From Candidatus Paracaedimonas acanthamoebae (GTDB lineage Bacteria; Pseudomonadota; Alphaproteobacteria; Caedimonadales; Caedimonadaceae): DNA of 32,000 bases. Every line of letters starts with the position of its first letter. Position 1 is the first letter of the stretch. This document shows, one piece after another, positions 1 through 8,084 of the stretch. The stretch covers positions 960,001 to 992,000 of the forward strand of contig CP008936.1 of the NCBI GenBank assembly GCA_000743035.1, in the 5' to 3' direction. Made by a program: the position numbers and the translations under genes. Under the pieces are notes generated by a model. The model was not told the origin of the DNA, did not search any database, and saw only the letters and a list, made by a program, of their open reading frames with translations.

Positions 1-1
1 T

Positions 2-1195
2 GACCCCTATCTAGGTGTCATCATCTTAGTCCGGATTAAAGATGGTGTCCTTAAAAAAGGGATGAAGGTGAAAATGATGGCCGCCGGCGCCGTCCACCAA
101 GTCGACAGCGTTGGTGTCTTCACACCTAAAAAAGAGATGGTTGATGGCCTTTATCCTGGTGAAGTTGGCTTTATCACAGCAAGCATCAAGCATGTTGCTG
201 ACTGTAAAGTAGGTGATACGATTACTGAGGAAAAAAGACCCACAGATCAGCCATTTACAGGATTCAAACCAAGCATCCCTGTCGTGTTTTGTGGTCTTTT
301 CCCCGCCGAAGCAGATGATTTTGAGAACCTTCGTGAGAGTCTTGCAAAGTTGCGCCTTAATGACGCAAGCTTTAGTTTTGAGGCGGAAAGTTCTGCCGCT
401 CTTGGATTTGGCTTTCGGTGCGGCTTTTTGGGGCTCCTCCATCTTGAGATTGTTCAGGAACGTCTTGAGCGCGAATATGATCTTGATTTAATCACCACGG
501 CCCCGAGTGTTGTTTATCGCATTCGTTTAACGAATGGCGAGCAAATTGAACTTCATAATCCCGCAGATTTTCCAGACGCCGTTAAGATCGATACAATTGA
601 AGAGCCTTGGATTAAAGCCACTATTCTTGTCCCCGATGAACATTTGGGCTCTATTTTGACCTTATGTACAGAACGCCGTGGCGAACAAATTGATCTTACC
701 TATGTAGGCAACCGAGCGATGGTCGTTTATCGTCTTCCTTTAAACGAAGTGGTCTTTGATTTTTATGACCGTCTTAAATCCGTTTCACGAGGCTATGCAA
801 GCTTTGATTATGAAATTGATGAATATCGTGAAGGCGATCTTGTTAAACTCAGCATCTTGATTAATGCGGAGCCTGTTGATGCTCTTTCCTGCATCGTTCA
901 TAGAACTCAAGCAGAAAACCGTGGCCGTGCTCTATGTACGCGCCTTAAAGATCTCATCCCTCGGCAATTGTTTAAGATTCCAATTCAAGCGGCCATTGGC
1001 GCAAAAGTCATTGCGCGCGAGACTATCTCTGCCCTTCGTAAAGACGTTCTCGCAAAATGTTATGGTGGTGATATTTCCCGGAAGCGTAAGCTGCTTGATA
1101 AGCAAAAAGCAGGTAAAAAGCGGATGCGCCAATTCGGAAAGGTCGAAATTCCTCAAAGCGCCTTCTTAGCTGCGCTGAGGATGGGCGAAGATTGA
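2..1195 (+). CDS. lepA: Elongation factor 4 (LepA), C-terminal 397 codons; 5' end lies upstream of the window
   Basis: The frame is open from nt 2 ([26 protein letters not shown]...), upstream of the tracked Met at 62. Typical LepA C-terminal domain and tail (...[37 protein letters not shown]). Stop TGA at 1193-1195. Confidence 0.95.
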   Translation, partial: DPYLGVIILVRIKDGVLKKGMKVKMMAAGAVHQVDSVGVFTPKKEMVDGLYPGEVGFITASIKHVADCKVGDTITEEKRPTDQPFTGFKPSIPVVFCGLFPAEADDFENLRESLAKLRLNDASFSFEAESSAALGFGFRCGFLGLLHLEIVQERLEREYDLDLITTAPSVVYRIRLTNGEQIELHNPADFPDAVKIDTIEEPWIKATILVPDEHLGSILTLCTERRGEQIDLTYVGNRAMVVYRLPLNEVVFDFYDRLKSVSRGYASFDYEIDEYREGDLVKLSILINAEPVDALSCIVHRTQAENRGRALCTRLKDLIPRQLFKIPIQAAIGAKVIARETISALRKDVLAKCYGGDISRKRKLLDKQKAGKKRMRQFGKVEIPQSAFLAALRMGED

Positions 1196-1206
1196 GATAA
1201 GAATTG

Positions 1207-1740
1207 ATGCTAAATGAGACCAAGATTCGGGAATTAAGCGAGCCTGATAGAGAATCTTATTTTAGCCTCCTTTTACAAGCCTTAGAAGATGCACCTGCAA
1301 GCTTCTTAATGACAGCAAAAGAAGCAAAACAAAGGGTTATGCAAACTTATCAAGATTCACTTACTTCTGGCGATACAGGCAACGTTATTTTTGGTGCTTT
1401 TCTTCATGATATCTTATTAGGAACTCTTGGTCTCCTTAAAGAAAACAAAGATAAAACTAGGCCTTCAGCCATCATTAGAGGCGTTTATACGCATCTTAAC
1501 TATCGCGGCATAGGCATTGGAAGCACATTGCTTAGGACAGCGATTCATCATGCAAAAGAGCATATGAAATGCCATGTTATCTCTTTAAAGGTTGAGAGCA
1601 CAAATAATACTGCACAAAAACTATATGAATCATATGGATTTACAATAGAGCGCATTGAGCCTCATGCTTTAAGTATGGCGGGGAAATTCTATGATATTTC
1701 TCATATGTCTCTTAGATTAAGAGATAACTCTAAAGCATGA
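1207..1740 (+). CDS. GNAT-family N-acetyltransferase (paralog 1)
   Basis: 177 aa. Acetyl-CoA-binding-type motif YRGIGIGSTLL followed by AQKLYESYGF. The TTG at 1204 is immediately followed by ATG at 1207, which I take as the start. Confidence 0.8.
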   Translation: MLNETKIRELSEPDRESYFSLLLQALEDAPASFLMTAKEAKQRVMQTYQDSLTSGDTGNVIFGAFLHDILLGTLGLLKENKDKTRPSAIIRGVYTHLNYRGIGIGSTLLRTAIHHAKEHMKCHVISLKVESTNNTAQKLYESYGFTIERIEPHALSMAGKFYDISHMSLRLRDNSKA

Positions 1741-1791
1741 TTAAAATGACTTATTAACCATTTGATCATATAGAAAAATATAGGAAATAGC

Positions 1792-2313
1792 ATGTCCCTT
1801 AATATTCAAATACGTCGCCTCAATGAAAATGATTTGGAGGCTTTCTTTCAGTTGCGGCTTGAAGCTTTACAAAACTCTCCGACAAGCTTTCTCACTTCGC
1901 ATGACGCGGAAAAATCTCTTGGGATGCATATTTATACAAATTTACTGAGCCAAACAGGTATGCAAGAGCTTGTTCTTGGAGCCTTTATAGATCAAACGCT
2001 CATTGGGTTTATTGGCCTTTATCAAGGAAAACTAGCAAATATTCAGCATAAGTGCACTTTTTGGGGAACCTATGTCCAACCTGCGTACCGAAAAAGTGGG
2101 GTTGGAAAATTACTGATGGAAGCTGCTCTCCACCATGCTCATGAAAAAATGAAATGCCGAGTCATTTATTTAGGTGTTGAAGCAACGAATATTGCCGCAA
2201 GAAAATTATATGAATCCTGTGGTTTCAAAACATGGGGCACTGAACCTTGTGCTTTAAGGGTGGATGAACAGCTCTATGATATTTCTCATATGTCTCTTAG
2301 ATTAAGAGATTAA
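1792..2313 (+). CDS. GNAT-family N-acetyltransferase (paralog 2)
   Basis: 173 aa, colinear with the upstream GNAT (YRKSGVGKLLM, ARKLYESCGF). Both share the C-terminal sequence YDISHMSLRLRD. Confidence 0.8.
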   Translation: MSLNIQIRRLNENDLEAFFQLRLEALQNSPTSFLTSHDAEKSLGMHIYTNLLSQTGMQELVLGAFIDQTLIGFIGLYQGKLANIQHKCTFWGTYVQPAYRKSGVGKLLMEAALHHAHEKMKCRVIYLGVEATNIAARKLYESCGFKTWGTEPCALRVDEQLYDISHMSLRLRD

Positions 2314-2371
2314 AGGAGAGGATTTCTCCCCTCCCTTGCTTAAGAATATTCTTTAGTCAATAATTCTGTAA

Positions 2372-2815
2372 TTAATGCGTTTTCTTTGCTTTATCATAAA
2401 AAGTTTGCGCCTCTTTCATATTTTGTTTCACAGAAGCGCCCATATCTTCATGGAAGTTCTTGCTGGCTTCTGTCCAATGCTTACCAACTTGTTGTGTATG
2501 CTTCATCCAATCCTGGAAACCTGCTTTGACCGCCTCTCCATGAACTTTCATCTGCTCTTCCAGAGTCTTAGCACTCATCGCTTGTTTAAGTGTTTGGTTT
2601 GCTTGCTCAATGGCATTCTTCGTATATTCTTGATGAAGGCCAGCAATTGTCTTAATGGCTTCCATGGTGGATTTTTGAGTGTTTGCAAGCGCTTCAAGAT
2701 TTTTACGTTGGATTGCCAAAAGGGCTTCATAATCAATTGAAGGCATCTTCATCTCTTTAAAGAATTCAAATGGATTGCTTTGTGTTTTTTTATCTGAGTT
2801 AGCTTGATCTGCCAT
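2372..2815 (-). CDS. phaP: Phasin-family PHA granule-associated protein
   Basis: Helical, Ala/Gln/Lys-rich 147-aa protein (...ALLAIQRKNLEALANTQKSTMEAIKTIAGLHQEY...), typical of alphaproteobacterial phasins. I place the start at ATG 2815 rather than 2878 because GGGGAGA lies about 6 nt upstream of it. Confidence 0.8.
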   Translation of the reverse strand: MADQANSDKKTQSNPFEFFKEMKMPSIDYEALLAIQRKNLEALANTQKSTMEAIKTIAGLHQEYTKNAIEQANQTLKQAMSAKTLEEQMKVHGEAVKAGFQDWMKHTQQVGKHWTEASKNFHEDMGASVKQNMKEAQTFYDKAKKTH

Positions 2816-2987
2816 AGTATTCTCCCCTTCTATCATATTTTTCCTAATTATTATCTCATTTAAGCAAGGAAGGGTCAAGAAGATTCAAGGAAACAAAAAT
2901 AAGAAGTGGAACTAAAAGCTAGGATTGAACATGGTTCCATCAAAGAAAGAACAAACTTAAAAAAATGGAGACTTATTTTATTATTTA

Positions 2988-3152
2988 TTATAGTTCTTCG
3001 GGTGTTTCTTCTTGAGTTGAATTTTCAATTGTAGAGCTTTTCACATTTTGTCTATCATTATCCCTTAAATACCAATCACTTCCTGTATAAAAATGATGTG
3101 CAATGGTCAAAAAAGTAAATACAAAAATTAAATTTGTAAACTTATTCTTCAT
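2988..3152 (-). CDS. Small predicted secreted/membrane-anchored peptide, 54 aa (P1), hand-translated
   Basis: ATG 3152 to TAA 2988 gives MKNKFTNLIFVFTFLTIAHHFYTGSDWYLRDNDRQNVKSSTIENSTQEETPEEL. It has a hydrophobic N-terminus and an acidic C-terminus, with a weak AAGGG Shine-Dalgarno upstream. It is a paralog of the ORF at 5448-5606. It is absent from the ORF track, presumably because it is under 60 aa. Confidence 0.45.
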   Translation of the reverse strand: MKNKFTNLIFVFTFLTIAHHFYTGSDWYLRDNDRQNVKSSTIENSTQEETPEEL

Positions 3153-3183
3153 TTTATTGCCCTTTTTTTCTTGGTCTATCTAG

Positions 3184-3215
3184 TTTTAAGGAAAAAAGTT
3201 AATTCTTCCTTAAAA
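3184..3215. repeat. Perfect 10-bp inverted repeat (TTTTAAGGAA-N12-TTCCTTAAAA) in the divergent P1/659-aa intergenic region
   Basis: The arms at 3184-3193 and 3206-3215 are exact reverse complements. The position suits an operator or an RNA hairpin, but the function is unknown. Confidence 0.4.
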
Positions 3216-3399
3216 ACCATAGATAAAAGCGAAAATATAAAAGTAAAAATTTACAATTTTTTGCTGCAGATTTTCCTATGAGAAAAGATAATTGCCATAC
3301 TAATTTAATTATAATATAAACGATAAGCTTTGTTAAATTTAGCACAAATTAAAGCATAATTTTTCAAAAGTTTAACGAAAAACATGAAAAAGGGGATTC

Positions 3400-5379
3400 A
3401 TGATGTTGATACTTAAGCGCCAATTTACGGCTTTTTCTCTCGCAACTTTAATTTTAATATCTTTGATAGCGCCTTTTTCAGGCCATGCAAGTCATGCAAG
3501 TGACGACTCAGATGAGGAACCTTCTTTTAGATCTCAAAGCTCTAATTATTCAGAAGATCTAGACCATTTACTAGGCCAGACAGTCGAGATAGATCTAAGT
3601 GGAGGATGTGCAAGCGGAGTTGGTGCTTCTAATTCTAAAATACCGCAAAGGCCTATCATTGCTGGAGAAGAAAGTGTTGATCATGGCATAAAGCTATCAA
3701 ATCATTCTGAACCGTATGAGCAAACATTAAATCTTCTCCCTCCCCACCCGCAGCCTAAAACTCATTTACATAAACCTGTTAATCTTTTTGAGCTTGCACC
3801 AGGAGAATATTATGAAAGTGCTATGGTTTTTTATAATCCCAATGCACCTCAAAGGTCTCAAGTTTATAATTGGGATAATATCAAAACATTTATGCAAGAA
3901 ATGGACAAACGCGCCTTTGATACAAGAAGATCTAAAAAATCTATTGCGTTAGGAGTGCTTGGTTTCTGCGCAGGTTGTGTTTCCTCAACCCCTGAAACAG
4001 GAACTCTTGTCAGCTCAATTGGTCGTTTTTTCAATATCCCTGTGGGTGAGAGTCTTTCGACAGCAATTGTGGTTTGGACAATGGTTACAACGACTCCTTG
4101 CTTTGCCATGAATATGGGTAATAGATTCTATATCATTGGCAAAACTCTATTCTCAAATAAAGCATTTCCTACACGCTCAATTGAAAATGCATCAATACCA
4201 TGCGTAATTGAAACTTCTAAACTTCATAAGGCCGCTATTGGTATTCTTGCTTTTGCATCATTCCTGGATGCTACAATTAATTTAGGTGTCGTTGAATTAG
4301 CTTATTATAAGCATTTTCAAAAGATATTTTTTGGTACAGGGGGGTTTTATTTATCATCCTGGATGGCCCAATATTATGGTATAGGACGCGCTAATATTGA
4401 TAGGTTATTTTGCCAATATAGTCATGATACAAGAGTTAGCCACGCCAAAAGGCTTCTTTTAATAAACTCCGTAAAAAAATGCCAACAAGCAATAGCCAAA
4501 AATGATGTTTTTACAGCTAAGCTTTACGACAACATCTTGGCACAAATGGAAAAAAAGAATACCCAAAACAACGATTTAGAACAGGGTGATTCTCGCCACT
4601 TATTTGGTTTGAGTGCTCTCTTTTTACAAGCTGCTAATACAATGAACTTTGAAACTTTAGAAGAACAGCCAGACGAAGAACCAGATGAAGAAACTGAACT
4701 TTTAAATGCAAATGCTCGCTTAATGAACTTTCAAGCACAACAAGATGTTCCTCATGCCTGGAAAGAAGAGTTTCTTGAAAAATTAAGCACCATTTTAACA
4801 GGCGCTGGGTCTATTGGTCGTGCAGTGACTGCACAATATATTCTTGATCAAGTCCTTACCCAAGTTCTCTCTATGCCTACCTCAACTGCGTATGAGGTCG
4901 CTTGGGCACTCTCTATTTTTGATTTCCTCTTTCGGTCTTTTGCAGAATATAATACTCAGCAGCAATATATGAGAGGCTGGCTTAACTCATTCTCTGTCAA
5001 GCATCTTGGTGATTTTTCATGGCTAAGAAAAACAATAAGTTTGTCTTCTATCTTTAATGGTGGACTTTTTTCTCTTGCTAAAACAGTGGCGGGTATTACT
5101 GCCTTTAATGCCTGGAATACGCCTATAGTTGTTCAAGCCCTTTGTTTAATTCCATCTTTCGCTCTAGACCAAGGCTATTTCGGTACATTTTTTGATAAAG
5201 GAAACAACAGTATCATAACAAATATTGCAACCATAAAACAGCCAACCGAAACTGCTCATATTAACATTAAACGTGCATGGTTGATGAAATGGAGTCGAAA
5301 AATTGTAGAACTTCTAGAATCACAATGGGACAGAGACACCATCGGGAACCTATATTCCACAATTCTAAAAGGATTCTAA
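3400..5379 (+). CDS. Hypothetical polytopic membrane protein, 659 aa, no family recognised
   Basis: GGGGA Shine-Dalgarno 4-5 nt before ATG 3400. N-terminal hydrophobic signal or anchor (aa 11-26). Acidic, low-complexity region to about aa 180. Hydrophobic segments near aa 181-196, 219-236, 277-302, 308-326, 496-512, 545-562 and 572-590. Acidic linker EEQPDEEPDEETE at about aa 420-432. Followed by a strong terminator. Confidence 0.7.
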   Translation: MMLILKRQFTAFSLATLILISLIAPFSGHASHASDDSDEEPSFRSQSSNYSEDLDHLLGQTVEIDLSGGCASGVGASNSKIPQRPIIAGEESVDHGIKLSNHSEPYEQTLNLLPPHPQPKTHLHKPVNLFELAPGEYYESAMVFYNPNAPQRSQVYNWDNIKTFMQEMDKRAFDTRRSKKSIALGVLGFCAGCVSSTPETGTLVSSIGRFFNIPVGESLSTAIVVWTMVTTTPCFAMNMGNRFYIIGKTLFSNKAFPTRSIENASIPCVIETSKLHKAAIGILAFASFLDATINLGVVELAYYKHFQKIFFGTGGFYLSSWMAQYYGIGRANIDRLFCQYSHDTRVSHAKRLLLINSVKKCQQAIAKNDVFTAKLYDNILAQMEKKNTQNNDLEQGDSRHLFGLSALFLQAANTMNFETLEEQPDEEPDEETELLNANARLMNFQAQQDVPHAWKEEFLEKLSTILTGAGSIGRAVTAQYILDQVLTQVLSMPTSTAYEVAWALSIFDFLFRSFAEYNTQQQYMRGWLNSFSVKHLGDFSWLRKTISLSSIFNGGLFSLAKTVAGITAFNAWNTPIVVQALCLIPSFALDQGYFGTFFDKGNNSIITNIATIKQPTETAHINIKRAWLMKWSRKIVELLESQWDRDTIGNLYSTILKGF

Positions 5380-5386
5380 AAATTAA

Positions 5387-5420
5387 GGAAAAGGCTTCGA
5401 TTGATCTCGAAGCCTTTTTT
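5387..5420. terminator. Bidirectional rho-independent terminator
   Basis: AAAAGGCTTCGA-ttgatc-TCGAAGCCTTTTTT: perfect stem flanked by an A-run and a T-run. It sits between the convergent 659-aa gene and small ORF P2. Confidence 0.75.
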
Positions 5421-5447
5421 CATGTTCAGGATAAAGCTTAGTTTGTT

Positions 5448-5606
5448 TTATTCTACTTCTTCAGGTTGAGTTTGATTCTCCTCGCCGACCACCTGGTCTG
5501 TTTTTTCGCCTCTTGGATCCCAAGGGCTGCCATGTCCGGCTTGAAGAACATTCGCAATAGCAAGCGAAACGGTATACAAAGACCATAGTGTAATTGTTTT
5601 TTTCAT
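5448..5606 (-). CDS. Small predicted secreted peptide, 52 aa (P2), hand-translated
   Basis: ATG 5606 to TAA 5448 gives MKKTITLWSLYTVSLAIANVLQAGHGSPWDPRGEKTDQVVGEENQTQPEEVE. GGAGG Shine-Dalgarno with a 5-nt spacer. Signal-peptide-like N-terminus with a VLQA/G cleavage-type site. Paralog of P1. Confidence 0.55.
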   Translation of the reverse strand: MKKTITLWSLYTVSLAIANVLQAGHGSPWDPRGEKTDQVVGEENQTQPEEVE

Positions 5607-5674
5607 TTTTTCCTCCCTGTTTAACTTGGCCAGGATCTATTCTTAAATGAAAAAGTTAAATATGCGTTAAAAAA

Positions 5675-6235
5675 TTACACATTTAAAAAATCAATGATAT
5701 TTTTAAGCCCTTTATCGACATGTGCTAAGGTTTTAGCCATATCTTGGGTCTCATCATCAAACCAAAATTTAAGGGTATAGAGATAAAAAAAAGAAAGAAT
5801 TTTGATATTGAGTTTACCTTTAATACCTTCAATAGGTACCCCCACAGCTCCAAGAATTAAACTCATGGAATGCAAACCTGAGAAAATACCACTTGGAAAG
5901 CTGATCGGATCTCGCCAAACAGTGAGAATGATATTCTTTAAGGGCTTCTTATAAGCTTCCATCACTTCAAACCGACACATGATGATATCGAACAGCTTTT
6001 CTTGAAGAGAGAGATCCTCTTTTCCCTCTCGATAAAGCATTAGCATTTTATCATCAATCAATTGCACAATACTTTTAAGAAGATCACAACGGGTTGGAAA
6101 AAAAGTATAAAGCTGGATTGGCGTTATCGACATTCTTGCCGCTAGCTCTTCCATTGTTAGCGCATCCCAAGGCGTCTGCGTCAATATCTCTAAAGCGGTC
6201 TCTACGATTTCAGAGCGCATTATTTTTGACTCCAT
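5675..6235 (-). CDS. TetR/AcrR-family transcriptional regulator
   Basis: N-terminal helix-turn-helix region (WDALTMEELAARMSITPIQLYTFFPTRCDLL) followed by an all-helical C-terminal domain. The 186-aa size is typical. Confidence 0.8.
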   Translation of the reverse strand: MESKIMRSEIVETALEILTQTPWDALTMEELAARMSITPIQLYTFFPTRCDLLKSIVQLIDDKMLMLYREGKEDLSLQEKLFDIIMCRFEVMEAYKKPLKNIILTVWRDPISFPSGIFSGLHSMSLILGAVGVPIEGIKGKLNIKILSFFYLYTLKFWFDDETQDMAKTLAHVDKGLKNIIDFLNV

Positions 6236-6261
6236 AGAGATACCACCCTAGCTTATTCCAT

Positions 6262-6765
6262 CTATGCTTCGCCTACCGTATCAAGCATTGCAACAGATGC
6301 CGCCTCTTTTGCAGATTTTCCACCCCAAATCACAAATTGAAAGGCGGGATAAAACTTTTCACACTCGGCAATACTAATATTAATCATCTCTTCCACAACT
6401 TCAATAGCTAAGTTTTTAACGTTTAATAGGAGATAACCATATCGATAAGTTGGAACCCCCTCCTCAGGCATCATTTCAAAATGGCCTATCGCTAATTTTT
6501 CATTAATAAGACACAACAGTTCTTGAATTTCAGTCTTTACCTTTGCTTGAAGACGGATATCCATTAAGCAAAAAAGTTGCAAAACATTGAGGTCTTCTTG
6601 CCATATAAATTGCAAGCGGTAGTCACACCACCGACCAGGAATTTCAATTAAAAGTTCTTCAGAACTTAATCTATAACAAGGCCATTCTTCAGAGTTTAAA
6701 GTCTCTTCTATGAAATCAATAGGATTGTTGGATGAGACGAGAGCTTTTGAGGATGGACGTGGCAA
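6262..6765 (-). CDS. YbjN-domain protein (putative chaperone-like/sensory-transduction-regulator family)
   Basis: 167 aa. Overall pattern (...FIWQEDLNVLQLFCLMDIRL...LLCLINEKLAIGHFEM...YRYGYLL...) matches the alphaproteobacterial YbjN family as I recall it. The usual neighbour, a small UbiK-like gene, lies just upstream. Confidence 0.6.
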   Translation of the reverse strand: MPRPSSKALVSSNNPIDFIEETLNSEEWPCYRLSSEELLIEIPGRWCDYRLQFIWQEDLNVLQLFCLMDIRLQAKVKTEIQELLCLINEKLAIGHFEMMPEEGVPTYRYGYLLLNVKNLAIEVVEEMINISIAECEKFYPAFQFVIWGGKSAKEAASVAMLDTVGEA

Positions 6766-6843
6766 GTAAAACCTCCGATATAAGAAACACCGTGATTACA
6801 TACCATATCAAGAAGACATAACCCAAGAAAATTCGCGCAACAG

Positions 6844-7005
6844 TTATTTGTGGTTCCTTTTTTCCTCAGGTATATTATTTTCTTGAAATGATTGAGGTTG
6901 TTGCTGCCCTGTTGGACATGTCTTTTTAGTTAACTTACAGAGCGACCTCATTATTTTACAGATCACTTTTGCAACATCATCAAGAACCCGATTTTCGCTT
7001 TGCAT
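6844..7005 (-). CDS. UbiK/BMFP-like small protein, divergent or truncated (53 aa), hand-translated
   Basis: MQSENRVLDDVAKVICKIMRSLCKLTKKTCPTGQQQPQSFQENNIPEEKRNHK. The N-terminus resembles the NR(I/L)(L/F)DDxAK motif of the UbiK/BMFP family. GGAGAA lies 5 nt upstream of ATG 7005. An alternative in-frame ATG is at 7017. The usual C-terminal coiled coil is missing. Confidence 0.45.
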   Translation of the reverse strand: MQSENRVLDDVAKVICKIMRSLCKLTKKTCPTGQQQPQSFQENNIPEEKRNHK

Positions 7006-7094
7006 TTTCTTCTCCATCACTATTGGATTATAACTTGCGAGAGCTCAATTGCCAGCTTATATTTCTATAATATACAATAATAGAGGAAAAGTGT

Positions 7095-8081
7095 ATGTTA
7101 GTGATTACTGGAGGGGCTGGTTTTATAGGATCGAATCTAGTCGCAAGACTTGAACAAGAAACTCAAGAACCTTTGGTGGTTATTGATGTCTTAGGGAAAG
7201 ATGAAAAATGGAAAAATTTACGCCAGCGTAATCTTGCTGAGCTTGTCCCACCTTCTCATATGTTTTCCTTTCTTAATTCTCACGTCGCAAAAATAAAGGC
7301 TATTTTTCACTTAGGAGCCATTTCAACGACGACAGAAAAAGACGCCGACCTTGTCATTGAAAATAACCTTAATTTGTCATCAAACTTGCTTGAATGGTGC
7401 ACAGACCATCAAAAACAATTCATTTATGCATCATCAGCAGCAACTTATGGGGATGGAAGCCAAGGCTTTGAAGATGACAATCAAGTGATGACACTGAAAA
7501 AGCTGCTTCCTTTAAATGTTTATGGATGGAGTAAACATGCTTTTGATCTTCGCATTGCGACTCTTGCAGAAGCTCGTAAGCCACTCCCACCACAATGTGT
7601 GGGCCTTAAATTTTTTAATGTTTATGGTCCAAATGAATATCATAAGGGAGGCCAACAAAGTGTGGTCAGCCACATCTTTGACACCTTAAAGTCTTACTCT
7701 CACGCTAGACTCTTTAAATCCTATCACCCTCATTATCAGGATGGAGGACAGCTTCGTGATTTTATATGGGTTGATGACTGTGTTGATATCATGTTTTGGC
7801 TTTATCAAAATCCTCAGGTCAGTGGCCTTTTTAATGTTGGCACAGGTAAAGCGCGCTCTTTTCTTGATCTCGCAAATGCAGTCTTTCAGGCGCTTAACCG
7901 ACCTTCCAAAATTAAATTTATTGAGATGCCGGAAAATTTACGAGAAAAATATCAATACTACACCCAAGCGCAAACCAGCCGCCTTCATGCAATTGGTTAT
8001 CAGAAGCCCTTCACATCACTTGAAGAAGGTGTCAAACAATATATCCAGAATTATCTCATCCAACCAAACCCTTACAGGTGA
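7095..8081 (+). CDS. hldD: ADP-L-glycero-D-manno-heptose 6-epimerase
   Basis: ITGGAGFIGSN Rossmann motif, YASSAATYG, YGWSKHAFD (YxxxK) and FFNVYGPNEYHKG. Colinear with E. coli HldD/RfaD along its whole length. Confidence 0.9.
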   Translation: MLVITGGAGFIGSNLVARLEQETQEPLVVIDVLGKDEKWKNLRQRNLAELVPPSHMFSFLNSHVAKIKAIFHLGAISTTTEKDADLVIENNLNLSSNLLEWCTDHQKQFIYASSAATYGDGSQGFEDDNQVMTLKKLLPLNVYGWSKHAFDLRIATLAEARKPLPPQCVGLKFFNVYGPNEYHKGGQQSVVSHIFDTLKSYSHARLFKSYHPHYQDGGQLRDFIWVDDCVDIMFWLYQNPQVSGLFNVGTGKARSFLDLANAVFQALNRPSKIKFIEMPENLREKYQYYTQAQTSRLHAIGYQKPFTSLEEGVKQYIQNYLIQPNPYR

Positions 8082-8084
8082 TTT

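Noticed and set aside
26-442. 138-aa minus-strand ORF, plus the plus-strand ORFs at 213-491 and 864-1169 and the minus-strand ORFs at 932-1156 and 1023-1223
   Set aside because: All lie wholly inside, antisense to, or out of frame with the strongly supported lepA reading frame. They have no Shine-Dalgarno and no recognisable motifs. They are typical shadow ORFs.
2314-2371. Possible terminator hairpin GGAGAGG-atttc-TCCCCTCC between the second GNAT gene and phaP
   Set aside because: The stem is imperfect (revcomp mismatch) and there is no T-run. That is too weak to call.
2375-2740. 121-aa plus-strand ORF
   Set aside because: It is antisense to the phasin gene, which has a clear family signature and a good Shine-Dalgarno. 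The Cys/Phe/Leu-rich composition is typical of an antisense frame.
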